A stretch of DNA of 64,000 nucleotides from Candidatus Spongiisociaceae bacterium (lineage in GTDB: Bacteria > Actinomycetota > Acidimicrobiia > Spongiisociales > Spongiisociaceae): contig CBDCOH010000002.1 in the NCBI GenBank assembly GCA_965219685.1, positions 2,720,001-2,784,000 on the forward strand, given 5' to 3'. The notes beneath the pieces are model-generated. The model was not told the origin of the DNA. It searched no databases and saw only the letters and a program-made list of their open reading frames with translations. The position numbers and the translations under genes are program-made. Position 1 is the first letter of the stretch. Every line of letters begins with the position of its first letter. Of the stretch, positions 29,627 to 39,743 are shown in pieces.

Positions 29627-30970
29627 CTACGTGCAGAGAGGCTCGTACCTGAGCCGGTGCAAGGCCAGTTCCTCCAGAATGATCTCCAGGCCGCGGACCG
29701 TCTGGGCGCGGTTACCGCCTCCGTCGTGCATCAGGACCACCGATCCATCGGTGAGGCGAGTCAGTATCCGATCGGCGATGGCTTCGCCATCGAGACCTTC
29801 CCAGTCGTTGGCGCTGACCGACCACAGATGCACCTCGAGCCCGTGCTCGGCCGCCCAGGTCCGAGTGTGTGTACGGGTCGCCCCATAAGGGGGTCGCAAG
29901 CACGGAGTGGCGTAGTCACCGAGGATCTCCTGTGTCCTCCCTATCGTCTGGTCGAACTGCTGGCGGGACAGCTTGGCGAGGTTCTCGTGGTTCCACGTGT
30001 GGTTCGCCACCGTGTGGCCCTCGGAGATGATCCTTTGGAAGAGATCCGGATAGCCGGCCACCAGCCTGCCGACCACGAAGAACGTGGCCCGAGCGTTGTA
30101 ACGAGCGAGTATGTCGAGGATGTGGGGGGTGTTGCGCGGGTCGGGACCGTCGTCGAAGGTCAGGTACACCACGCTCCCGGGCTCGATCGAGGATCTCGTG
30201 GAGATGGGCGGGGGTGGCAGGACACGTATTGTCAACGCGTAGTCGTTGAAGTCGTCGCGCGTGGAGACCACTCCCACCGTCCACGAACCCCCGGAGGGCA
30301 GCGCTGTCTCCACCCGCTGCGACCGCTCTTCCTCGGAGACGATCACCTCCTCATCGAGCCGTAGGTCGATCCATACGCCATCGCGGGCATCGACAGCGGC
30401 CAGCAGCGACTGGCCCGCAGCGGCGTGGACCGTGTAGGCCAGGCGGCGGTCCGGCCCGATCGAGCCGACCACCGTGGCGTGTATCTCCCCCCGGTCGAAC
30501 CGCACGTCTGAGTCCGGCCGGTACCGTCCCGAGAGCAGTATGTCCGATGCCAACGAGAGACGGCTACGCGAGACCTCGGGAGCCGCCCCCACCGGGTCAG
30601 GGGATGGATCCTCAACGGTGACGGGAGTCTCTTCCCCGTTCCGGGCGGAGGAGGCGGTCTCGGGCTGCTCGACCGGCTCGGTGACCGTTTGGGAAACCTC
30701 TTCCCGTGTCACCTCGCCCTCGGAAGCGGGCGCGGTCGTCGGGAGGGTCGACGCGGGAACGGTCCCGTCTTGACGGTCGTCCGGAACAGTCGAGGCTTCT
30801 AGGTTCCCGGCCGGGTCTCGTTCGGCCTCCTGGGCCGATTCGCGGACCGCTTCGACGGGATCCTCTCCGAATTCGGCGCCGCCCGAGTCGCTCGGAGTAT
30901 CCGAACACGCAACCACCAGCAGCAGCGCCAGACCGGCCACCGCACAACCGACCTTCCACCAGCGGTTCAT
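29627..30970 (-). CDS. lipoprotein polysaccharide/peptidoglycan deacetylase (CE4) with an acidic linker and PPC-like domain
   Basis: Lipobox LVVAC; LTFDDGP, HTWNH, RPPYG, LMHD. Confidence 0.9.
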   Translation of the reverse strand: MNRWWKVGCAVAGLALLLVVACSDTPSDSGGAEFGEDPVEAVRESAQEAERDPAGNLEASTVPDDRQDGTVPASTLPTTAPASEGEVTREEVSQTVTEPVEQPETASSARNGEETPVTVEDPSPDPVGAAPEVSRSRLSLASDILLSGRYRPDSDVRFDRGEIHATVVGSIGPDRRLAYTVHAAAGQSLLAAVDARDGVWIDLRLDEEVIVSEEERSQRVETALPSGGSWTVGVVSTRDDFNDYALTIRVLPPPPISTRSSIEPGSVVYLTFDDGPDPRNTPHILDILARYNARATFFVVGRLVAGYPDLFQRIISEGHTVANHTWNHENLAKLSRQQFDQTIGRTQEILGDYATPCLRPPYGATRTHTRTWAAEHGLEVHLWSVSANDWEGLDGEAIADRILTRLTDGSVVLMHDGGGNRAQTVRGLEIILEELALHRLRYEPLCT

Positions 30971-31132
30971 CCGAACAAACCATCCCCTCGAAACCCAAAC
31001 AGGCCTGATACGGAAACCTCCGCGATCACCATCACAAGATACACCCGGCTGGACCCTATCCGGTGCCTATCCGGGTAGGCAGCAGTCCAGCTGGTCGCGC
31101 CGTCAACCAACTACCAACTACGGACCAATCCC

Positions 31133-32098
31133 CTACGGTTCGATGAGGACCTTGCCCGTGGTCGCTCTGCCCTCAAGCGCCCGGTGGGCGTCGGCGGCTG
31201 ACTCCAAGGGGTAGCGCGCACCGATGCGGACCTCCAAACCGGCGGCGATCCAGTCGAAGAGCCGTTCGGACATGGCGAGCAGGGGATCGCGCTCCGCAAC
31301 GTGGTCGAACAGGGTGGGGCGGGTGAAGAACAGGGATCCGTTGGCGGTCAGGACCAGGGGATCGACGGGATCGACCGCGCCCGAGGCGTTCCCGAACGCC
31401 ACCATCAAGCCGAATCTACGTAGCAGCCCGAATCCCGTAGGGACCGTTGCCTTCCCGACCCCGTCATAGATCACATCCAGAGGGCGCTCCCCGCCGATCT
31501 CCCGGACCCGGTCCCCGAAGTCCTCCCTGCTGTAAACGATCACATGATCCGATCCTGCGGCACGGGAGATCTCAGCCTTGGCGTCGCTCCCGACCGTGGT
31601 GAAGACGGTGGCGCCCAGTTGCTTGGCCATCTGGGTGAGGATGAGACCCACGCCGCCGGCGCCCGCGTGGATCAGACAGGTCGATCCGTCCTCCAACGGG
31701 TAGGTCTCGGTGGCCAGGTACAGGGCGGTGAGTCCCTGCACCATCGATGCCGCCGCTTTGTCCAGGGACACCGCATCGGGAACCGGGACAAGCTGCTCGG
31801 CGGGAATCGCGATTCGTTCGGAGTAGGCGCCGAGGCGCGAGCAGAAGACCACGCGGTCCCCGCTCGACAGATCGTCGACGCCGCTCCCGACCGAGACCAC
31901 CGTCCCTGCGGCCTCGACGCCGGGCGTGAACGGCAACTCGACCGGGTACAGGCCGGTCCGGTGATACGTGTCGATGAAGTTCAGACCCGCCCCCGCTATC
32001 TCCACCACCACCTCGCCAGGACCGGCGACAGGATCGTCCAAATCTTCGGCCACCAGAACTTCGGGACCGCCGAGACTCCGTATCACGGTTGCACGCAT
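31133..32098 (-). CDS. qor: NADPH:quinone oxidoreductase (zeta-crystallin-like MDR)
   Basis: GLNFIDTY.R.G.Y, HAGAGGVG, YDGVG, RATTGK. Confidence 0.9.
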   Translation of the reverse strand: MRATVIRSLGGPEVLVAEDLDDPVAGPGEVVVEIAGAGLNFIDTYHRTGLYPVELPFTPGVEAAGTVVSVGSGVDDLSSGDRVVFCSRLGAYSERIAIPAEQLVPVPDAVSLDKAAASMVQGLTALYLATETYPLEDGSTCLIHAGAGGVGLILTQMAKQLGATVFTTVGSDAKAEISRAAGSDHVIVYSREDFGDRVREIGGERPLDVIYDGVGKATVPTGFGLLRRFGLMVAFGNASGAVDPVDPLVLTANGSLFFTRPTLFDHVAERDPLLAMSERLFDWIAAGLEVRIGARYPLESAADAHRALEGRATTGKVLIEP

Positions 32099-32207
32099 CG
32101 ACCTACCTCCCCGCATCGTCGCCTTGTCCGGCGGTACGCTAGCGCGGCGAAGAAACCGGTCGCTCAGGAGACGGTCAGGAGCAGGCCGCGGTGTCCGACC
32201 GGTCGGA

Positions 32208-32714
32208 TCACCTACTCCGCGCCATCCGCCGCCGGGTGCGGTCGTCGGCGATCATGGCAATACATGCGACTTCGAGTTGCTCCCTGCAACTGGTGCGACC
32301 GGCCCTGAGTCGGCGGATTCCATCCCCGGCGTATCCGATCGCGTTGAGGGCTTCAGCCTTGTTCGGCACATACGTATAGTCGTAGTCGGCCATGTAACGT
32401 TCCGCTTGTAGGTCCGTGAATACTCCGGCCACGAACAGCAGGTCCTCGTGACAAACCGGATTGCCTTCGAGCCATGGCACTCGGCCGCTGGCTCCGAGTC
32501 TGTGGAACACAGCCTGGGCGCCGCTGTGTTCCAGCATCCGTCGGGCAGCAACGCGTACCGTCGGCGTGAACAGGCGCTCCACCTCCTCTGTCAACGCCGT
32601 GAATAGCGCGTGGTAGGCGGTGGAGACGGCGCGCCGAAGAGCGGCATGCGCTGGACGACCCGGCCCCGCCGAGCACAGTGACTCGGCTACATCGAGTAGC
32701 CCCTCCGGTGTCAT
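32208..32714 (-). CDS. HEPN-like (UPF0332-type) protein
   Basis: RRAVSTAYHALF and R..ADYD signature of HEPN domains. Confidence 0.7.
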   Translation of the reverse strand: MTPEGLLDVAESLCSAGPGRPAHAALRRAVSTAYHALFTALTEEVERLFTPTVRVAARRMLEHSGAQAVFHRLGASGRVPWLEGNPVCHEDLLFVAGVFTDLQAERYMADYDYTYVPNKAEALNAIGYAGDGIRRLRAGRTSCREQLEVACIAMIADDRTRRRMARSR

Positions 32715-32733
32715 GGCATCCCGTCGTCGATCC

Positions 32734-33069
32734 TCAAGCGGCGGGTACCTCCGCGCCCATCCGGTGAGCCGGGTCCCGCAACTCCTCCCGTGAGCGGAAC
32801 AGACAGGTCACCCAAAGATTCTCACCGCCCAACTCGGCGAAGAACCGGTCGCGGACCATATTCCTGTAGCGGAACATCTCTTCCCGCGGCCATCCCTCGT
32901 CACCGTCTCCGGTGAGCGGCAATTCGACGACAGGGAGCACCACCCATCCGTCCAAGTCGTAGGGATCTGCGATGATTCGAAAGTAGCGGATCCGCGCCGG
33001 ATCACCGGTCCGCGCCAAGTCCTCGTTGATCCGGATGAGAATCCGTTCGCTCTGCTCCCATAAATCCAT
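32734..33069 (-). CDS. hypothetical protein, probable partner of the HEPN-like protein
   Basis: 111-aa acidic ORF 19 nt upstream of the HEPN gene on the same strand. Confidence 0.65.
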   Translation of the reverse strand: MDLWEQSERILIRINEDLARTGDPARIRYFRIIADPYDLDGWVVLPVVELPLTGDGDEGWPREEMFRYRNMVRDRFFAELGGENLWVTCLFRSREELRDPAHRMGAEVPAA

Positions 33070-33077
33070 ATACGTAG

Positions 33078-33097
33078 GATAGTACTAAAATACTATC
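33078..33097. promoter_or_regulatory. operator-like palindrome GATAGTA-N6-TACTATC
   Basis: Perfect 7-6-7 inverted repeat in an AT-rich patch 8 nt upstream of the 33069 start. Confidence 0.55.
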
Positions 33098-33116
33098 TAT
33101 AGCGAGCTGAGTAGCG

Positions 33117-34193
33117 TTAGACTACACGTCGCAGAGCGGCATCGAAGCGTCGGGCCACCGTCTCCCAGGAGTAGTGATCTACCGCTCGGGCTCGAGCCGC
33201 GGCGCCCATCTCATCCCGTCGATCGACGATCAGGCGCACCGCATCCACTATCCCTTCCACCGACGTGGCTACAAACCCTGTAACTCCAGGAACCACGGTC
33301 TCGGGAGCGCCCCCCGAGGTTCCCGCCACGACAGGAAGGCCGGACGCCGAGGCTTCCAGGTACACGATCCCCAGGCCTTCGGCTTCCAGACCCAGCCAGC
33401 GCGACCGAGCGGGCATGACGAAGACGTCGCAGGCGCGGTACAGCCCCGGGAGGGCCTTCCACGGAACGTCGGACTCGACCCGGACCGGGACCGTCGCTCG
33501 CGACGCACGCCGTTGGATACGGGCTTGGAGACGGCCCCTGCCCGCCAGGAGGACCTCCGCGGGGATCCCCGCGGCGTCCAGCCGCTCGGCAGCGGCGAGC
33601 ACCCGCAGGTGGCCCTTGCGGGGTACGAAACGGGAGATGCAACCGATCACCAGCGGCCTGTCCCCGGGCGGGCCGGGCCTGTGCTCGGCGGGACGGAAGG
33701 CCGCCAAATCGACGCCGGCGCCGAGTATCGAGGTCTCCGCGGCCCCCATTGCCGCCACCTTGCCGGCGGTGAAGGCGGACACGGTGAGCACCACGGAAGC
33801 ATTCCGGAACGTCCATCCCAGCACCTGCCGCAAGCCGGGCACCGCACCGGGAAGCGTCACCTCGGCTCCGTGGGCGATCACCACGAACGGGATACCGAAC
33901 GCCCCGGCGAGGCGGGGCCCTAGCTGTGCGAGCGGATGGGGCGCTCCGAACACCACCACCTCCGGCTCGAAATCCCTGATGTGATCCGCCACCCAGCGGT
34001 AGGTCCTGGCGGTGGGGACCAGGTACGACGCCCAGCCGCGGACAACCTGAGGATCGGCCGGAGCACCGGGGTGGCGGCAAGCCAGCACCCGGAACGAGAC
34101 CGAGGAGTGGCCGATCAGGTTCGAAAGGTACTGCTGGATCCCCCCTGCCTTCGGGGGGTAGTCGTTGGTGACCAGCAACGCCCGCACGGGCAT
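33117..34193 (-). CDS. GT4 glycosyltransferase (PimB'-like phosphatidylinositol mannosyltransferase family)
   Basis: LLVTNDYPP..GGIQ, SRFVPRKG, EGLGIVYLEASA.GLPVV. Confidence 0.9.
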   Translation of the reverse strand: MPVRALLVTNDYPPKAGGIQQYLSNLIGHSSVSFRVLACRHPGAPADPQVVRGWASYLVPTARTYRWVADHIRDFEPEVVVFGAPHPLAQLGPRLAGAFGIPFVVIAHGAEVTLPGAVPGLRQVLGWTFRNASVVLTVSAFTAGKVAAMGAAETSILGAGVDLAAFRPAEHRPGPPGDRPLVIGCISRFVPRKGHLRVLAAAERLDAAGIPAEVLLAGRGRLQARIQRRASRATVPVRVESDVPWKALPGLYRACDVFVMPARSRWLGLEAEGLGIVYLEASASGLPVVAGTSGGAPETVVPGVTGFVATSVEGIVDAVRLIVDRRDEMGAAARARAVDHYSWETVARRFDAALRRVV

Positions 34194-34275
34194 GACGGTA
34201 CCCGCCGCGACGGCCCGGACCGGTTGGGCCGCCATCCCCCCGGCGGGAGCCGGCTTCCGGTTACGATCAGCGGAC

Positions 34276-35358
34276 ATGAGAAGACCGCCGATCCGGACCC
34301 TCGACCTATCCGGGAGCCCCGCGGCGATGGGCCACGCGCACGGCACCGCCTACGCCGCCGAGATCCGGGCCTACACGAGGGAACGCATCGAGTTGGTCAT
34401 GTCGGGCCTGTGGAGCGGGGTAGCCCTCTCCCGAGGCGAGGTGCTCGGAGTGGCGGAAGCGTGCCTTGAAGCCCACGAACGCCAGTCCCCCGTCCTCTAC
34501 GAGGAGATGTCGGCGATGGCCGGAGCCGCCGGCATCACCCTGGCCGAAGCAGTGGTGGTGGGCGGATTCACCGACTTCGTCGACACCGTACGGGCCGAGA
34601 TGGGAGTCGGCCGCCCCGCCGAACTCCTGGAGGACACCTGCACCGCCTTCATCGTGCCGGACCACCGGGCCGCCGGCGCAGGGTTCTTCGGCCAGACCTG
34701 GGACATGCACGCATCGGCGACCGATCACGTCGTCCTACTGCGCATCAGGCCGGACGACGGACCACCGGCCCTGGTGTTCACGACCACCGGTTGCCTCGGC
34801 CAGATCGGGATGAACGGACTCGGAGTGTGCGTGGGCATCAACAACCTCAGCGCCGCCGACGGCCGGACCGGGGTCATGTGGCCGACGGTGGTCCGCCAGG
34901 CTCTTCTGTGCGAGAGCGCGGAGGAGGCCCGCGACGTCATCCTCTCGGCCGACCTGGCCGGAGGGCACAACTTCATGGTGTTCGACGGCGAGGGCGCCGG
35001 CTACAACATCGAGGCCATGCCGACCGTGCGACCCGTGACCGGCCTCGGGTCCGACGCGCTGGTGCACACCAACCACACCACCACCGGCGCCGCCGGGGCG
35101 GTGGAGGCCCCGAGACCCCCTGACCTTCGGGAGAACTCCCTTCGCCGGATGGCCAGCGCTGTCGAACACCTCGACCGCGACGACCTCTCGGTCGAGGACC
35201 TGATGGAGTTGACCCGGCGGGCCGTTTGCCAGGTGGCCGAGCCCCCGTACCACGTGGAGACCTCCGGCGCCACCGTGATGCGACCCAAGACGTCGGAGTT
35301 CTGGGCGGTCTGGGGGCTCCCCAGCATGAACGACTACGCCAGGATCGGGTTCCCCTGA
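34276..35358 (+). CDS. C45-family Ntn peptidase/acyltransferase
   Basis: G.AHG, autocleavage D-T/CT, GQTWD, GMN..G, HTNH. Confidence 0.88.
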   Translation: MRRPPIRTLDLSGSPAAMGHAHGTAYAAEIRAYTRERIELVMSGLWSGVALSRGEVLGVAEACLEAHERQSPVLYEEMSAMAGAAGITLAEAVVVGGFTDFVDTVRAEMGVGRPAELLEDTCTAFIVPDHRAAGAGFFGQTWDMHASATDHVVLLRIRPDDGPPALVFTTTGCLGQIGMNGLGVCVGINNLSAADGRTGVMWPTVVRQALLCESAEEARDVILSADLAGGHNFMVFDGEGAGYNIEAMPTVRPVTGLGSDALVHTNHTTTGAAGAVEAPRPPDLRENSLRRMASAVEHLDRDDLSVEDLMELTRRAVCQVAEPPYHVETSGATVMRPKTSEFWAVWGLPSMNDYARIGFP

Positions 35359-35456
35359 CAACCCGCCTCCCTTGGTGCCGCCATGCCGCAGCTATCCTCG
35401 GAAACCGGTGTGCCGGCGTCACGACACCGGTAATCGGCTCGTAGGGGAGGGACGTT

Positions 35457-36527
35457 ATGGGATCCGAGGTGTCGGCGGTCGGGCTCCACGGCATCACCAA
35501 GCGCTTCGGCGACGTGACCGCCGTGGACGAAGTCGACCTCGAGATCGCCGACGGCGAATTCTTTGCCCTTCTCGGTCCTTCCGGATGCGGCAAGACCACC
35601 ACCCTGCGCCTGATAGCGGGGCTCGAGTTCCCGACCCGGGGCAGCCTCCGCATCTTCGGCGAGGAGGTGGGAACCCTCCCCCCCAACAAGCGGCCGGTCA
35701 ACACAGTCTTCCAGAACTACGCACTCTTCCCGCACATGACGGTCGAGGAGAACGTCGCCTTCGGGCTCCGGATGCGGAGGGTGCCGAAGGGCGAGATCGG
35801 GTCGCGGGTTCACGACGCCATCGGACTGGTCCACATGGAGGGGATGGAACACCGGCGCTCCAACCAGCTCTCCGGCGGTCAGCAGCAGCGCGTCGCCCTG
35901 GCGCGCGCCCTCGTGAACAGCCCCAAGGTCCTGCTCTTGGACGAACCTCTCGGAGCCCTTGACCTCAAGCTCCGCCAGGCGATGCAGGTCGAGTTGAAGG
36001 GCCTCCAGCGTGAGGTGGGTATCACCTTCGTCTTCGTCACCCACGACCAGGGGGAGGCGCTGGCGATGAGCGACCGGATCGGCGTGATGAACGGCGGCCG
36101 CCTCCTGCAGGTCGGCACCCCCGAGGAGATATACGCCCGGCCTGCCAACCGTTTCGTCGCCGACTTCATCGGCCACACCAACCTTCTGGACGCCATGGTC
36201 ATGGACGACCGGTCGGTGACCCTGGCCAACGGCGTCCGCATACCCGCCGAATCGGGAGTAGCCCCCGGGACCAGGGTGGCGGTCAGCCTGAGACCTGAGC
36301 AGGCTGCATTGAACCGGCGGAACGAAGCGCCCTCGCATCACACTTCGGTCGACGGCACGATCGAGCAGATCACCTACCTGGGGAACGCCCTGGTGTACAG
36401 GGTCGTCTTCGAGTGGATGGACATGGATGTCCGGGCCGAGAACCGCCCCGGGATGGCGAAGGCCGCCGTCGGTGACGAGGTCACCGTCTCTTGGGAACCC
36501 ACCGCGGTCGCCGTGGTGGAGAACTGA
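35457..36527 (+). CDS. potA: polyamine ABC transporter ATP-binding protein
   Basis: GPSGCGKTT, VNTVFQNYALFPH, LSGGQQQR, LLLDEPLGALD. Confidence 0.92.
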   Translation: MGSEVSAVGLHGITKRFGDVTAVDEVDLEIADGEFFALLGPSGCGKTTTLRLIAGLEFPTRGSLRIFGEEVGTLPPNKRPVNTVFQNYALFPHMTVEENVAFGLRMRRVPKGEIGSRVHDAIGLVHMEGMEHRRSNQLSGGQQQRVALARALVNSPKVLLLDEPLGALDLKLRQAMQVELKGLQREVGITFVFVTHDQGEALAMSDRIGVMNGGRLLQVGTPEEIYARPANRFVADFIGHTNLLDAMVMDDRSVTLANGVRIPAESGVAPGTRVAVSLRPEQAALNRRNEAPSHHTSVDGTIEQITYLGNALVYRVVFEWMDMDVRAENRPGMAKAAVGDEVTVSWEPTAVAVVEN

Positions 36528-36532
36528 GCGAG

Positions 36533-37468
36533 GTGACCACCGCCACCGACACCCCTCCGCCGCCCGGTTCCGGACCGGAAGGTCCCGATCGGGCCGCGCT
36601 CCGGGCGACGCCGGAGTTCGAGAGAGCCGCCGCCAGGGCGGACTCGCGCCGTGGCTTCCTGCTCTCCCTCCCCGCCTACGCGTATCTCGCCCTGTTCTTC
36701 GCGATCCCGTTCGGGATCGTGATCGTGTACTCGGTTGCGACCCGCAACCGCATCGGCGGAACCGACCTGGCCGGGTGGAACCTGGACTCCTACCGCAGGC
36801 TCGGCGAGCCCATCGTGCGCGACATCCTGTTCCGGTCGGTGTGGATCGCCCTGCTCACCACGGTGATATGCCTCCTGGTGGCCTACCCCTTCTCGTACTT
36901 CCTCTCCACCCGTTCCCCAACGGTCCGCAACTTGATGCTGGTGTTCGTGATGATCCCCTTCTGGACCAACTTCCTGGTCCGCAACTATGCATGGCGGGTG
37001 ATCCTGGGCACCGACGGACCCCTGAGCACGGTCAGCCAGGCGCTGGGATTGGGACCTCAGGAGATCCTCTTCACCCACTCGGCCGTGATCATCGGGCTGG
37101 TCTACGGCTACCTCCCATTCATGATCCTCCCCCTCTACGCGGCCATCGAACGCATCGACCCCAGCCTGCTCGAGGCGAGCCGCGACCTCTATGCATCCGG
37201 GACCCAGTCGTTCCGGGAGGTCTTGCTGCCGCTCTCGATGCCGGGAGTCGTCGCCGGGTCCATCCTGGTCTTCGTGCCCAGCCTGGGCGCGTACGTGACC
37301 CCGCAGATCCTGGGTGGAGGCAAGTCGACCATGCTGGGCTCCTACATAGTGGTCCAGTTCCTCACCGCCAGGAACTGGCCGCTCGGGGCCTCGCTGTCCT
37401 TCGTTCTGATGACCGTGATGCTTGCGGCGACCCTGATCTATTTCAGGACCGGGGGGCGGAACCTGTGA
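36533..37468 (+). CDS. potB: polyamine ABC transporter permease
   Basis: IPFWTNFLVRNYAW, YLPFMILPLY, LLEASRDL. Confidence 0.9.
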   Translation: MTTATDTPPPPGSGPEGPDRAALRATPEFERAAARADSRRGFLLSLPAYAYLALFFAIPFGIVIVYSVATRNRIGGTDLAGWNLDSYRRLGEPIVRDILFRSVWIALLTTVICLLVAYPFSYFLSTRSPTVRNLMLVFVMIPFWTNFLVRNYAWRVILGTDGPLSTVSQALGLGPQEILFTHSAVIIGLVYGYLPFMILPLYAAIERIDPSLLEASRDLYASGTQSFREVLLPLSMPGVVAGSILVFVPSLGAYVTPQILGGGKSTMLGSYIVVQFLTARNWPLGASLSFVLMTVMLAATLIYFRTGGRNL

Positions 37469-38328
37469 GCCGCGGAGCCGTCCGTCCCCGCGGCACGACC
37501 AGGGCGGCCCTGACGGGCGGGGCCTGGCTCGTCTACACGTTCTTCTACGCGCCCATCGTCCTGCTGGTGGTGTTCTCGTTCAGCGACGACCGCAACGTGG
37601 GTCGTTGGGGAGGTTTCACCCTCTCCTGGTACGAGGATTTCATCCACCATTCCCAGTTGCAGAACTCGCTGTGGGTCTCCGTGCGCGTGGCCGTCCTCTC
37701 CACCGTCATCTCGGTCGTGCTCGGCACCCTGTCGGCCCTGGCCCTGGAGCGCTTCCGGTTCCGGGGGCGGCGGGTGTTCGACGCCCTGCTGTACCTGCCC
37801 ATCATCATCCCCGACGTCACGATGGCGGTGATGATGCTCCTGTTCTTCTCGGAGAGTATCCGTCTGGCCGAAGCCCTCCTGGGCCTGGAACTCACGAAGG
37901 GCTTCAGCACCATCACCATCAGCCACATCGCGTTCAACATCAGCTTCGTGTCGGTGGTGGTGAGGGCCAGGCTGTCGGGCATGGACGAGAACCTGGAGGA
38001 GGCGGCGCTCGACCTCTACGCCAGCCGGTGGCGGAGCTTTCGCTATGTCACCTTCCCCCAGATCGCGCCGGGCATCGCCGGCGGCGCCCTTCTGGCCCTC
38101 ACCCTGTCGCTGGACGACGTGGTCGTAACCCAGTTCGCATCCGGACCGGGCTCGACCACCCTGCCCGTGTTCGTCTTCGGAATGATCCGCCGGGGCGTCA
38201 CCCCGCTAATCAACGCGGTTTCGGTCATCATGCTGGCCGCCTCGGTGATGCTGGTGATCCTCTCCCTGGTCGTCCAGCGGATCCGTTCGGGTGAAACGCT
38301 GCGTGGAGCCACGAAGCGGACGAAGTGA
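37465..38328 (+). CDS. potC: polyamine ABC transporter permease
   Basis: YAPI...FSF, LEEAALDLYA, LSLDDVV, TTLPV; GTG overlaps the potB stop. Confidence 0.9.
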   Translation: MSRGAVRPRGTTRAALTGGAWLVYTFFYAPIVLLVVFSFSDDRNVGRWGGFTLSWYEDFIHHSQLQNSLWVSVRVAVLSTVISVVLGTLSALALERFRFRGRRVFDALLYLPIIIPDVTMAVMMLLFFSESIRLAEALLGLELTKGFSTITISHIAFNISFVSVVVRARLSGMDENLEEAALDLYASRWRSFRYVTFPQIAPGIAGGALLALTLSLDDVVVTQFASGPGSTTLPVFVFGMIRRGVTPLINAVSVIMLAASVMLVILSLVVQRIRSGETLRGATKRTK

Positions 38329-38333
38329 CCGCG

Positions 38334-38491
38334 GTGGGAGACAACTCCAACGTGGTTTCGGTCGAAGCGCCAACGCGGCAGCAGGGAGGATGCCGAAGAG
38401 GCCCATCCGAAAGGACCTGGGGGCTGCGACTGCTCTCCGACCAGGTGGACCCCAGCAGTGAACCCCGCTAGATAGTTCTCCGGCACCCTCC
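38334..38491 (+). ncRNA. candidate structured RNA or non-autonomous element resembling an IS110 non-coding end
   Basis: 5' hairpin GGAG-ACAA-CTCC; long stem GGAGGATGCCGAAGA (38385-38399) pairing with TCTCCGGCACCCTCC (38477-38491); family resemblance is from recall, not a search. Confidence 0.4.
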
Positions 38492-38563
38492 TAGAATCTT
38501 GACGCTGGCGCGCGCCAGCCTTGAGAAACTCTTGACGATGCGAACGAGAAGAGGGAGTTATCC

Positions 38564-39670
38564 ATGAGATCCGTTACGACGAGAAGCTTGCTTGCCGCCC
38601 TTTTGAGCCTCGCCTTGGTGGGCGCCGCCTGCGGCGAGGAGGACGGCGGAGCGGAAGCAGCCGACTGCGAGGTCGACCAGACCGACGGCGACCTGAACAT
38701 CTTCAACTGGGCCGAGTACATCGACCCCGAACTGCTGGATGCATTCGCCGCGGAGTACGGGGTGGGAGTCACCATCGATGTCTACGACTCCAACGAGGCC
38801 ATGCAGCCCATCATCTCCGCCGGCAACTCCGGATACGACCTGATCGTCCCGTCCGACTACATGGTGGCCATCCTCATCGAGGGGGAGGACATCCAGCCGC
38901 TGAACAAGGACGCCATCCCGAACGCGGCCAACGTCTCGCCGGATTTCGAGAACCTCATCTACGACCCGGACGGCACGTACTCCCTCCCCTACCAGTGGGG
39001 CACCACGGGTATCGCGGTCGACACGGCCGTGGTCGGTGCGGACTTCCCCCGGTCGTGGTCGATCATCTTCGACGCGAGCTTCGCCGATGCATACGCCGGT
39101 CGGATCTCGCTGCTGAACGATCCGCGCGAGACCCTGGGAGCGGCGCTCAAGTTCCTGGGTTACTCACTCAACACCACCGATGAGGACGAACTGGAGGAGG
39201 CCAAGGATCTGGTGGCCGAGGCGCGCGGCCGGGTGGCCGCATTCGACACCGACCAGGCCGATGAACTGTTGACCACCGGCGAGACCGCGATCGCCCACGG
39301 CTACTCCGGTGACATGTTCACCCAGTTCCTGGAGACCGACGACCCTTCCCGCTACGTGTACTTCGTGCCGGAGGAGGGCGGGACGCGCTGGATCGACAAC
39401 ATGGCGATCCCCTACGACGCCCCCAACCCCTGCACGGCCCACACCTTCATCAACTGGCTCCTGGACGGTGAGAACGGGGCGGCACTCTCCAACTACAACT
39501 ACTACTCCACCCCCAACGAGGCGGCGCTCGACGGGCTCGACGAGGATCTACTGGACTTCGTCAACGATCCGGCCGTGATCCCGGGCGGGGTCGGATCGTT
39601 GGAGGAGATCCAGGACACCGGCGACTTCGAGATCAAGTACACCGACGCTTTCATCGAGGCGGTCGGGTAG
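38564..39670 (+). CDS. potD: polyamine ABC transporter substrate-binding lipoprotein
   Basis: Lipobox VGAAC; NIFNWAEYIDP, YDLIVPSDY, PYQWGTTG, PEEG...WIDN. Confidence 0.92.
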   Translation: MRSVTTRSLLAALLSLALVGAACGEEDGGAEAADCEVDQTDGDLNIFNWAEYIDPELLDAFAAEYGVGVTIDVYDSNEAMQPIISAGNSGYDLIVPSDYMVAILIEGEDIQPLNKDAIPNAANVSPDFENLIYDPDGTYSLPYQWGTTGIAVDTAVVGADFPRSWSIIFDASFADAYAGRISLLNDPRETLGAALKFLGYSLNTTDEDELEEAKDLVAEARGRVAAFDTDQADELLTTGETAIAHGYSGDMFTQFLETDDPSRYVYFVPEEGGTRWIDNMAIPYDAPNPCTAHTFINWLLDGENGAALSNYNYYSTPNEAALDGLDEDLLDFVNDPAVIPGGVGSLEEIQDTGDFEIKYTDAFIEAVG

Positions 39671-39743
39671 GCCGAGCCCGCGACGACCGGTACCGGTCCC
39701 CCCGGAAGACCAACCTTTGCTCTCCGGGGGCGGCCGGTTGCGG

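Noticed and set aside
38334-38491. 6S RNA, SAM riboswitch or tRNA
   Set aside because: No recognisable conserved motifs of these families by eye; kept only as an unassigned structured element
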